Shown here in pieces: positions 52,084 through 60,683 of a stretch of DNA of 64,000 nucleotides. A program made the translations under genes and the position numbers. The notes under the pieces were generated by a model, which did not search any database, had not been told where the DNA came from, and worked only from the letters and a program-made list of their open reading frames with translations. Source of the DNA: Candidatus Acidiferrum sp. (lineage in GTDB: Bacteria; Acidobacteriota; Terriglobia; Acidiferrales; UBA7541); the NCBI GenBank assembly GCA_036270765.1, contig DATBBY010000089.1, positions 217-64,216 on the forward strand, read 5' to 3'. Position 1 is the first letter of the stretch; each line of letters opens with the position of its first letter.

Positions 52084-53211
52084 TTACTTGAGGAGAACTT
52101 TTTCAAAAAAGCTCAGTGCGCGAGGATCCTGCGATTGCCCCAACCAGAACATCGCTTGCTTGCGTACTTCTGGATTGCGATTATTTTCCGCGACTTGAAT
52201 TAGCTTTGGTACCCCTTCATCTTTCGGCAATTGGCTCAGCGCAAAAACCGCCTTTTTCTTTACCTCCGTATCTGGATCGTTCGCGATGGCGCCATCGATC
52301 GCGCTTACCGCGCGTTTACCAGCCTTCTGCGCCAGCCAGAAAATCGCCTGCCCGCGCACGTGCCCGCTCTCGTCGTCGTGCGCCATGCGAATCATTTCTT
52401 CCAGCGCCGCCGGTTCTTTGCTGACGGAGAGCGCAAATGCGACGTGCCCGCGGACCTCACTTGAAGGATCATTCTTCGCCATGCGCTGCAAGGCAGTCAG
52501 GCCTTCTTTGCCGCGCGCCACTCCGAGCCAGAATGCCGCCTGTTTCCTCACCTCTTCCGGTTGCGCCGGTGCCGTGAAAGACTCCAGCGCCACTTGTGCC
52601 TGTGGCCCGTCATGCAACGCCATCGCCATCAGCGCTTCATTGCCGACGGAATGTCTCCCATGTCCTCCCAGATTTTCGTCGCGTACATACTCAACAAGAA
52701 ACGCCACGCTCTCCGCAGGCTTCACATCCGTGAGCCATACGAACGGCAATCCGCCACCATCCAGAACGCAACTTTCCGTAGCCACGTTCACGCGCATGAG
52801 CTGTTTGTCTTGCAGGCGGAAAAGGACTGTCAATCGCCGCTCGCCTTCTAGCCGTAATGGGTTTTTGCTTGCCTCGTTCTTGGCTTTTACCGCATCGCGG
52901 ACATCTCCATTTTCAAGTGCACATTTTCTGCAGCTTTCTCCATCGTTATAATTGCCGCAACAAATCGTGCGCTGTCCGGCTACCGCATTTACTGGATAGC
53001 CGACCCACAGTGCACTCGTAGCGCTCTTCTCCAACTCTGTCATCGTGGCGGCCAAAGTTCCGCCGATACTTCGGGTCTGAACCTGAGCATTCTCGATATG
53101 TCGCGCATCACTCTGCTGCGCTCGACTCCCACTAGCGCCGCCGGCCCACAAAACGAGCGACGCCGCAAGCAAACCATCGCGCAATGTATTCGCGGTTTTC
53201 ATTTCGCTCAC
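52084..53211 (-). CDS. Exported HEAT-repeat protein
   Basis: Signal peptide; repeated EVRKQA.FWLGQ/AVFALSQ units. Confidence 0.88.
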   Translation of the reverse strand: MSEMKTANTLRDGLLAASLVLWAGGASGSRAQQSDARHIENAQVQTRSIGGTLAATMTELEKSATSALWVGYPVNAVAGQRTICCGNYNDGESCRKCALENGDVRDAVKAKNEASKNPLRLEGERRLTVLFRLQDKQLMRVNVATESCVLDGGGLPFVWLTDVKPAESVAFLVEYVRDENLGGHGRHSVGNEALMAMALHDGPQAQVALESFTAPAQPEEVRKQAAFWLGVARGKEGLTALQRMAKNDPSSEVRGHVAFALSVSKEPAALEEMIRMAHDDESGHVRGQAIFWLAQKAGKRAVSAIDGAIANDPDTEVKKKAVFALSQLPKDEGVPKLIQVAENNRNPEVRKQAMFWLGQSQDPRALSFFEKVLLK

Positions 53212-54609
53212 CTATTTCTGCAACAGCTCCATCATGTAATCCGACGCTTCCTTGGAGTGCATCAGCGCCAGCTTTTCCACCGCTTTTTTCTTGAGCCCCG
53301 GATCTTTTTCAGCCTTGGCAATAGCTACAATCGCGCCGGCGTTTCCTTGCAGGATGTACGCGTTCAACACTTCTTCGCGAATGCCACGATCCGCTTCGCG
53401 CGCATAAATCTCCGCCAAGCCCTTGCTGGATTCATCGGAACGAACTAATCCAAGGTTGCGCACCGCCGCGCGTCGCAGCTCCGGATCTTTTTCGCCTTTC
53501 GCGGCTTCCAGCATCTTGTTTACGTCGCCGGCCAGGAAAAATGCCTGCAAGATCTCGCGCCGGATCTCCGGAGTATTTTCCGTTCGATACAGTTGTTCCA
53601 ATTCCTGCTCACCATGGACTAGCCCTAGTTGGCGAATCGCTTCGCGTCGCAGCGCTGGATCTTTCTCGCCTTTGGCCGCGGCAAATAACCGCTCCTTGTC
53701 GCCGCCAATCATGTAGCTGCGCAAAATAGAGCGCTTCAGCGCAGGATCCGCGGTGGAGGCATAAATCTCCGCCATGGTTTTCCGCGCTTCCGGTCCGCCG
53801 AATATCGCGAGATATTCCACCGCCTTTTTTTGCAGCTCGGGATTACTCTGCCCGCGCGCAATTCGCCCGATGATTTCTCGGCCTTGTGGAGAGCCGCTCT
53901 GCGCCAGCACAAACATGGCCTTCGATTTTTCCTTGGGCGACGCCGAACCTTGCAAAACTTTTTCCAGTAACGGCATGGCCCGTTCCGGATCGCTGTTCAT
54001 CAAGCCTTGAATGGCCAGCATTTTCAATTCTTCGTCGCCCTGCAATTCCGGGCGTGACGGCTGTCCGGTGCCTTGCCGGACCTCAATTTCTAGTGCGCCT
54101 GCATCGCGCTGCCAGCGGCTTTGCGGAAAACGAGCTTTCAAATCGGCGAGCGCAGCCAGAGCTGCCTCGCGCTGGCCCAGACGCTGGGCGGCATAAGCCT
54201 GCCAGTAGAGCGCCGCATCCGTTTGCGGGCCATTGGCCTTTGCCAGTGCGGCGAATTTGTCGCGCGCCTGCTCATATTTCTCGTCATCCAGAGCTTCGCG
54301 TCCGTTGTCATACAGCTCTTCCAGCCGATCCAAGCGTTCTTGGTCGCGATCCTTTTTTTCTTGCTCCCGGTCACGCAGTTCCTGCTCGCGGTCACGCTTC
54401 TCTTGTTCGCGGTCGCGTTGTTCCTGTTCGCGGTCGCTTTGCATCTCGCTGCCGTCCTCGGGCTCGGCTGGTTCCACCGTCGCGGTGTCGGGCGATTGCG
54501 CAAAAGTTTGCCAGCCGCTCCACGCAGTTGCGCTGAGCGGTCGCGATAGAAGTGCGAACGGACCCGCGAATATAAACGTTGCGACTCGAAGTGATTTGCT
54601 AAGGCTCAT
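53212..54609 (-). CDS. Exported HEAT-repeat protein with TPR/BamD-like and coiled-coil N-terminal region
   Basis: Signal peptide; DREQE heptad repeats; ALYWQAYA; EKDPELRR HEAT units. Confidence 0.88.
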   Translation of the reverse strand: MSLSKSLRVATFIFAGPFALLSRPLSATAWSGWQTFAQSPDTATVEPAEPEDGSEMQSDREQEQRDREQEKRDREQELRDREQEKKDRDQERLDRLEELYDNGREALDDEKYEQARDKFAALAKANGPQTDAALYWQAYAAQRLGQREAALAALADLKARFPQSRWQRDAGALEIEVRQGTGQPSRPELQGDEELKMLAIQGLMNSDPERAMPLLEKVLQGSASPKEKSKAMFVLAQSGSPQGREIIGRIARGQSNPELQKKAVEYLAIFGGPEARKTMAEIYASTADPALKRSILRSYMIGGDKERLFAAAKGEKDPALRREAIRQLGLVHGEQELEQLYRTENTPEIRREILQAFFLAGDVNKMLEAAKGEKDPELRRAAVRNLGLVRSDESSKGLAEIYAREADRGIREEVLNAYILQGNAGAIVAIAKAEKDPGLKKKAVEKLALMHSKEASDYMMELLQK

Positions 54610-55418
54610 ACCTGGTTATTCCTTTCGACTTTCGCAGAGCCGCTTTCCGCTGGCCCCTGAATTCCTGTCTTTTCCCGCCGTTCAATTTCTTGCGTGAGCA
54701 CCCGAACCTTAAACAGCAACCCGTCGTCATCGATACGCTGACGGATGGACTTGAACTGCGCAGACGTCACGTTCCCGGGACTGCGCGCCACATCCAGCAG
54801 CACGCGCTCCAATTCGTCCAGCACATTGGCGATGCCGGTATCGCCTTCCTGCAGCGCGGTCTGCCGGTACAGCCGGTTTTCGTCGAGCAATTCTTCCGCG
54901 CGGCGGCGCTGCGATGAGAGGTTTACTTGCTTCACATTTACGCCTTCGGGCTCCGCGTTCGCAATTTCCATGAGCACCATTTCTGATCGCCCGAGATGTT
55001 CTCCTACTGCCAGCAGCAACACCCGCTCACGCACCCGCGCCTCATCAGCTGTCGCCGTAGTTGTCACTTCTCCACCCGCCGGAGTCACGCGCTTGCTGAC
55101 GCGCCCAACAAGAAAAGCAAACAGCAACAGCGCGGCAACCAATCCGGCCGCCGTCAATCTTCTTGGCTCAAGGAACACCTGCCACCAGCGGCTTCGCTTT
55201 TCCGCGAGGCGCGGCGCAATCTGTTGCCAAACGTGTCGGCCGTAGGCTTCGCCCGGCTCAGGGACCGGCAGCGCCTGATAAGCTGCGAGCATTTCCGCGA
55301 GCCGATTCAACTCCGCCCGGCACTCCACGCAAGAGTTGATGTGCCCCGCGGCAGCCTCGTGCCCGGCGGTCTCGCCGTCCTGGTAAGCGATCAATTGTTC
55401 TTCGGTTAAATGCTTCAT
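54606..55418 (-). CDS. Zinc-finger (HxxxCxxC) anti-sigma factor
   Basis: HINSCVEC; single TM; ATGA overlap with the sigma gene. Confidence 0.85.
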   Translation of the reverse strand: MKHLTEEQLIAYQDGETAGHEAAAGHINSCVECRAELNRLAEMLAAYQALPVPEPGEAYGRHVWQQIAPRLAEKRSRWWQVFLEPRRLTAAGLVAALLLFAFLVGRVSKRVTPAGGEVTTTATADEARVRERVLLLAVGEHLGRSEMVLMEIANAEPEGVNVKQVNLSSQRRRAEELLDENRLYRQTALQEGDTGIANVLDELERVLLDVARSPGNVTSAQFKSIRQRIDDDGLLFKVRVLTQEIERREKTGIQGPAESGSAKVERNNQV

Positions 55419-56053
55419 GATTCCGTTCCCATGGCTCTGGCTGTTGCGCGCGGCGCAAGTTGCGGCTCCAACATCTCCCGCAACTTGTGTACCGCGCGGA
55501 AAACTGTGTTCTTTGCCGCGCCCGAATTGGATGTCAGCGCCGCCGCGATTTCTTCAATTCCGCAACCGTCGCAATGCCGCATCACAAAAGCGATGCGCTC
55601 CGCGGGAGTCAAACTGTTCAAAGCATTTTGCATCTGCTTTCGCAGCTCCACGCTTTGCGTCAACCGCTCGGGCGTTGGCGCTGCGTCGGGAACCTGCCGC
55701 AGCGGATCCTGCTCCACGTCATCGGTCATCTGCGCACTCGGAGCTTGTCTGCGGGCATCTTCCTGTTTGCGCTGGCGCATGCGGTCGATGGTGTAGTTCG
55801 CCGCGATGCGATACACCCAGGTGGCGAAATTGGCCTGCGAGGCGAACTGTTCGAGTTTTTGATAAGCACGCAAAAATGCCTCCTGCACGATTTCCTCGGC
55901 GTCGTGATGGTTGCCGGTCAGCCGGTACGCCAGTCGAAAAATGGTGGGGCTATGGCGCTCCACGAGAACGCGAAAAGCATCGCGATCGCCGGCAAGGGTG
56001 CGCTCGATGGCATTGGCGTCGGCTGCCCGGACGCTCTCAACGCTTTCGTTCAT
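55415..56053 (-). CDS. ECF sigma-70 factor
   Basis: DAEEIVQEAFLRAY, FATWVYRIAAN and EEIA..AKNTVFRA motifs. Confidence 0.95.
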   Translation of the reverse strand: MNESVESVRAADANAIERTLAGDRDAFRVLVERHSPTIFRLAYRLTGNHHDAEEIVQEAFLRAYQKLEQFASQANFATWVYRIAANYTIDRMRQRKQEDARRQAPSAQMTDDVEQDPLRQVPDAAPTPERLTQSVELRKQMQNALNSLTPAERIAFVMRHCDGCGIEEIAAALTSNSGAAKNTVFRAVHKLREMLEPQLAPRATARAMGTES

Positions 56054-56061
56054 TCGTATCC

Positions 56062-56088
56062 TTAGACAGGTTTTTGGCCTCGCGGTTA
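56062..56088 (-). promoter_or_regulatory. Putative ECF autoregulatory promoter
   Basis: TAACC-N16-GTCTAA ending 8 nt before the sigma ATG. Confidence 0.55.
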
Positions 56089-56265
56089 GGTCCGCGAAGC
56101 CGTTATTGGCGCAGTCCGCGCTTATTTGAATACCGCAAGGCCCGCCGTTGCAATAGCTTGGTGCGCCAAGTGGCGAAAGTCGCGTGGTGGTTTGAAATAC
56201 CGTATCATTACTGTGGATTTGCGCGCGGAACCTCCGCCGCGATGGCCAACATCAGGAGCTAAAAG

Positions 56266-57597
56266 TTGATTCCACGATACACCCGCGAGCAAATGGGCAC
56301 GATCTGGCGCGATGCCAACAAATACGCCAAATGGCTCGAAGTGGAGCTGGCCGCGACCGAAACGCTCGCGGAAGCTGGGGACGTGCCCAAGGAGGCGGCG
56401 GACAAGGTTCGCGCCAACGCCAAGATCGACGTCGCGCGCATTCAGGAGTTGGAGTCGCGCGTAAGGCATGACGTGGTGGCCTTCACCATGGCGGTCGGCG
56501 AATCCATTGGCGATCCCGCCGCCGCGCGCTGGTTTCACTACGGCATGACCTCCAATGACGTGGTCGATACCGCGCAAGCTTTGCAAGTCCGCGAAGCGTC
56601 CAGATTAATCGAAGACGCGCTAGTGAAGTTTGGCGACGCGCTGGCCAAACGCGCGCAGGAATTTCGTTCCACCCCACAAATCGGGAGAACGCATGGCGTC
56701 CACGCCGAGCCCATCACGTTTGGTTTGAAAATTGCCAACTGGTACGCGGAAAACCAGCGCAACCAGCAGCGCTTTCGCGATGCTGCCGCGCAAATGGCGG
56801 TGGGCAAAATTTCCGGCGCGGTGGGAAATGCTTCGCATCTCGGCCCGGATATCGAAGAGCGCATTTGCCAGCGCCTCGGATTGATAGCCGCTCCCGTGGC
56901 GTCGCAGGTGATTCAGCGCGACCGCCACGCCCAGTACCTCAGCGCGCTCGCGCTGGTCAGCGCCACGCTTGAGAAGATTGCACTGGAGATTCGCCACCTG
57001 CAGCGCACCGAGGTGCGCGAAGCAGAAGAGCCATTCGGCGGCGAACAACGCGGCAGCTCCGCGATGCCGCACAAGCGCAATCCAGTAACCTGCGAGCAAA
57101 TCTGCGGGCTCGCGCGCATCGTGCGCTCGAACCTGATCGCCTCATTTGAAAATATCGGGCTGTGGCATGAGCGCGATATTTCTCACAGCTCCGTTGAACG
57201 CATTATTTTGCCGGACTCCACCATTCTGGTGGATTACATGCTGGCCAAGATGACCAATATTATTGCGGACATGCGCGTCTTTCCCGAACGCATGCTGCGC
57301 AATCTGGAAATGACGCACGGTTTGGTTTTCTCTGGGCAGTTGCTACAGGACCTGGTGGAAAAGGGCATGCCCCACGATGATGCGTACAAAGCGGTGCAGG
57401 AAAATTCAATGGCTGCGTGGGAAACGGAATCAAGCTTTCGCGACCGCGTCGCCAAGGATAGCCGCATCACAAAATATCTCGACCCCGCCGCATTGGCCCA
57501 CACCTTCGACTTGAAACGCCAACTCCGTCACGTCGACGCGATCTTCGCCCGAGTCTTCGGCGAGCCAACCACAATCACAAACAAACGCGCCGTATAA
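56266..57597 (+). CDS. purB: Adenylosuccinate lyase
   Basis: IPRYTR, GRTHGVHAEP, SSAMPHKRNP and WHERDISHSS motifs. Confidence 0.97.
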   Translation: MIPRYTREQMGTIWRDANKYAKWLEVELAATETLAEAGDVPKEAADKVRANAKIDVARIQELESRVRHDVVAFTMAVGESIGDPAAARWFHYGMTSNDVVDTAQALQVREASRLIEDALVKFGDALAKRAQEFRSTPQIGRTHGVHAEPITFGLKIANWYAENQRNQQRFRDAAAQMAVGKISGAVGNASHLGPDIEERICQRLGLIAAPVASQVIQRDRHAQYLSALALVSATLEKIALEIRHLQRTEVREAEEPFGGEQRGSSAMPHKRNPVTCEQICGLARIVRSNLIASFENIGLWHERDISHSSVERIILPDSTILVDYMLAKMTNIIADMRVFPERMLRNLEMTHGLVFSGQLLQDLVEKGMPHDDAYKAVQENSMAAWETESSFRDRVAKDSRITKYLDPAALAHTFDLKRQLRHVDAIFARVFGEPTTITNKRAV

Positions 57598-57627
57598 GCA
57601 TCGCGGACGACGGCTACGCGCAGGGCG

Positions 57628-57661
57628 CCCCACCCTCGGATTTCTGGAGGGTGGGGTTTTT
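57628..57661 (+). terminator. Terminator (REP-like hairpin) after purB
   Basis: CCCCACCCTC-N9-GAGGGTGGGG-TTTTT. Confidence 0.8.
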
Positions 57662-57723
57662 AACGTGGGAAAACCAGTAATCGATCTATGGTTTCAATCA
57701 GCGGCATTTGTTTGTATCGAACC

Positions 57724-57762
57724 AAAAAACAAAACGCCGGTTGATTTTCATCAACCGGCGTT
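57724..57762 (-). terminator. Terminator after efp
   Basis: AACGCCGGTTGAT-GAAA-ATCAACCGGCGTT followed by TTGTTTTTT on the minus strand. Confidence 0.85.
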
Positions 57763-57853
57763 GACAGCCTCTTCTAGATCGAGATTACATCTAGCTGCGG
57801 AGGCGGAAACTCAATCGCGAAGTCTCAGTCGCGAAACTCGATGCTAACCAAAA

Positions 57854-58420
57854 TTACTCCACGCGCTGCACATAACGCGCTTCGGTGGTGTCCACCTTTA
57901 CACGGTCGCCTTCATTTACAAACGGCGGCACCTGAATTACCAGGCCGGTCTCCAGGGTAGCCGGCTTTCCGACCGCGCTGGCGGTGGCTTTCTGCAACGT
58001 CGGCTCGGTCTGCACTACTTTCATTTCCATGGTATCCGGCAAATTTATACCGATGGCTTTTTCTTCAAAAAATTCCACATGCACGATGGTATTGGGAATC
58101 AGATAAAACACCGTCTCGCCCAGTTCGTCGCGGGTCATCTGCATCTGTTCGTAATTCTTGGTGTTCATGAAATGAAATTCGTCGCCCTCGCTGTAGAGAT
58201 ATTCAAACTCCACTTCATCCAGGACGGCGCGATCGACAAATTCTTCCGCGCGGAAGCGGTAATCGATCATCGTGCCAGTGCGCAGATTCTTCATGCGCGT
58301 CTGCATGGAGCCGCGTTTGTTGCCCGGAGTGCGATGATCCACGCTGAATACGGTGTAGAGCTGCCCTTCATGCTGGATGACCATGCCGGGGCGAAGTTGT
58401 GTGGCTTTTGTGCTGCTCAT
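57854..58420 (-). CDS. efp: Elongation factor P
   Basis: ATQLRPGM, TPGNKRG, YLYSEGD and KPATLETG..VPPFVNEGD..VDT motifs; ATG 58420 with GGAG RBS. Confidence 0.95.
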   Translation of the reverse strand: MSSTKATQLRPGMVIQHEGQLYTVFSVDHRTPGNKRGSMQTRMKNLRTGTMIDYRFRAEEFVDRAVLDEVEFEYLYSEGDEFHFMNTKNYEQMQMTRDELGETVFYLIPNTIVHVEFFEEKAIGINLPDTMEMKVVQTEPTLQKATASAVGKPATLETGLVIQVPPFVNEGDRVKVDTTEARYVQRVE

Positions 58421-58707
58421 AATCTCCCAATCAAATGTAGTTTCGGAAATTTCGCCGGGCGCCCGCATTTCCAAAAGGCCCGCGAAATCACTCGAGGGAT
58501 GCCGGAACAACTCCGGCGCTGAACCAGTAGTATAAATCGCCGCATTCCACGCGGTCAATCGTTCACATAGAGATCGCAATCATTCAGAGCGATCAGCATA
58601 AAAGCTGAGCTGATGATTCAAGGGGAACACATCATCTGCTATTCGGTGCCAAATCACTGCCTCTGGTGTCTAATCTCTTTCGGTGAGTTGCCAAGAATCG
58701 AGGACGC

Positions 58708-59253
58708 GTGAAGAAACGCTTAATGATGTCGTTTCTGCTTCTTTTAGCGCTGGCCCTACCGAGACTAGCGGGCTCTGAAGAATCACAGCGAACTCCTTTA
58801 CTCGAAGTAATCCTTACGACCTATGACGTCAGCCGTACTGAAACGTTGGTTTATTTCCGGGTGTTCGCCGATGGGTCCGCGGAAGCACATCCAATGCGTG
58901 AAGTCGACTTTAGAACATTAGCTCTCAAGAAAGCTCAACTCTCTCCAAATGACCTTTTTATTCTTCGCGATTTCCTTAGCTCCTTCAAGGTCCAACATTT
59001 AGACTCCGAATATAGCCGCTACTGGGGGAATATAGATTTTGGCCAAACGTGGCAAATGAAGATTGCCGAAGGCGACAAGAAAAAGTCAATTGTTCTAGAG
59101 AATTTTCAACCGTTTCTCGCTCGCAGTAAAAAGCAACCATACGCTAGTGAGATTGAAAAACTAGGATGCCTCGTTTGGGAACTACGAATAAAAGTGACTG
59201 GAGAGCAGCTCGACAGGAATTACGTGGGCGGCTGCCGCAAATTGGGTTACTGA
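58708..59253 (+). CDS. Secreted hypothetical protein
   Basis: GTG start with GAGG RBS; signal peptide; visibly AT-richer than neighbours. Confidence 0.7.
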   Translation: MKKRLMMSFLLLLALALPRLAGSEESQRTPLLEVILTTYDVSRTETLVYFRVFADGSAEAHPMREVDFRTLALKKAQLSPNDLFILRDFLSSFKVQHLDSEYSRYWGNIDFGQTWQMKIAEGDKKKSIVLENFQPFLARSKKQPYASEIEKLGCLVWELRIKVTGEQLDRNYVGGCRKLGY

Positions 59254-59354
59254 GTCCGTCCATAATGAGGACTATTGGCCGATTCACTCGCTATCCCCAG
59301 TCGTGCTGGCAATCACAACATCCCTAAAATACTATTGTTCGCTCGGGAGGTAAT

Positions 59355-60647
59355 ATGCTCGACCGCCGCAACTTCCTCGCTGCTGGTGCCACTGGATTGG
59401 CGGCAACTCTCGCCTTCCGTGGAAATTTACTGGCGCAACTTGCAGACGCACCGTCCTTACTGCCTGATCGCGCGCTCTTCGACAAAAACGAGGAAGCCTA
59501 CTGGGCAGAATTGCGCAAGCAATTTTTAATTCCCGCAGACGAGATTTATTTAAACAACGGGACGGTAGGCTCCAGCCCCGCGCCGGTCTTGCGCGCTATC
59601 TTCGACGGATACAACACTACCGAAAAGATGGATCCGCAGGACCCCGAGGATTATCCCATCTGGGGTTATGCGGCATGGAACGAGTTCCGCGACCCGTTGG
59701 CCGCATTTGTAGGCGGCCATCGCGACGAGATCGCACTACTGCGCAACGCCACGGAAGCCAACAGTTACATCGCCAACGGCGTGGACATGAAGCCGGGCGA
59801 CGAAGTGCTGATGACCGATCAGGAGCATCCCGGCGGTGAACATCCCTGGAACCTCAAAGCCAAACGGTATGGCATCGTGGTGAAGAAAATCACGCTGCCG
59901 CGGCCGGTGAAAAATGCGGCAGAAGCGCTCAATCTTTTCAACGAGGCCATCACACCGCGCACCCGGGTTGTCTTTTTCAGCCACATCACTACGTTCTCAG
60001 GCGTGGTTTTGCCCGCGAAGGAAATTTGCGCGCTGGCCCGCTCCAAAGGCATTCTCTCCGCGGTGGACGGCGCGCACGTTCCGGGCATGATGCGCCTCAA
60101 CGTGCACGACATTGGTTGCGACATGTACAGCTCCAGCCCGCACAAGTGGCTGCAAGCGCCCAAGGGCTCCGGCTTTCTCTACGTTCGCGACGAAGTGATT
60201 GACCGCCTGTGGAACACTATCGCCACGGAAGGCTGGGACGACACCAAGATCCGTGCCGAGCGATTCCAACGCATCGGCAGCTCCAACGTTCCCGCGCTTT
60301 GGGGCCTGCGCGCCGCGATCAAGATGGCCAATGACGTTGGCGTCGAGCGCATCGAACGGCGCCACCGCGCGTTGGCCGACTACCTGCTCGCGGAAATGAT
60401 GAAGCGGGGCGCGATTTCCTGGACTTCGCCGGATGCCGCGCTGCGTTGCGCGATCGTCACCGTAAATGTGCCGCCGGTTCCGCGCATGGATCTGGAGAAC
60501 TGGCTGTGGCACACGCACAAGATTCGCATTCGCGGCGCCGACCCTAACAAGTTGCGATTATCCGCCCCGTATTATTTGCAGAAAAAAGACATCGACCGGT
60601 TTCTCGAGAAGCTCGACGAGTACAAGCGAGAAAAGAAGCTGGCGTAA
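59355..60647 (+). CDS. Tat-exported class V aminotransferase (isopenicillin N epimerase-like)
   Basis: DRRNFL Tat motif; YLNNGT; EHP; DGAH; SPHKWL PLP-binding lysine. Confidence 0.9.
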   Translation: MLDRRNFLAAGATGLAATLAFRGNLLAQLADAPSLLPDRALFDKNEEAYWAELRKQFLIPADEIYLNNGTVGSSPAPVLRAIFDGYNTTEKMDPQDPEDYPIWGYAAWNEFRDPLAAFVGGHRDEIALLRNATEANSYIANGVDMKPGDEVLMTDQEHPGGEHPWNLKAKRYGIVVKKITLPRPVKNAAEALNLFNEAITPRTRVVFFSHITTFSGVVLPAKEICALARSKGILSAVDGAHVPGMMRLNVHDIGCDMYSSSPHKWLQAPKGSGFLYVRDEVIDRLWNTIATEGWDDTKIRAERFQRIGSSNVPALWGLRAAIKMANDVGVERIERRHRALADYLLAEMMKRGAISWTSPDAALRCAIVTVNVPPVPRMDLENWLWHTHKIRIRGADPNKLRLSAPYYLQKKDIDRFLEKLDEYKREKKLA

Positions 60648-60683
60648 TTCCGCGTTGAGAAAAAAATGGATTGGAGTCAGACG

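Noticed and set aside
57804-57843. Three degenerate ~14-bp repeats (CGCGAAACTC-like) after efp
   Set aside because: Short and low in identity; no supportable function.
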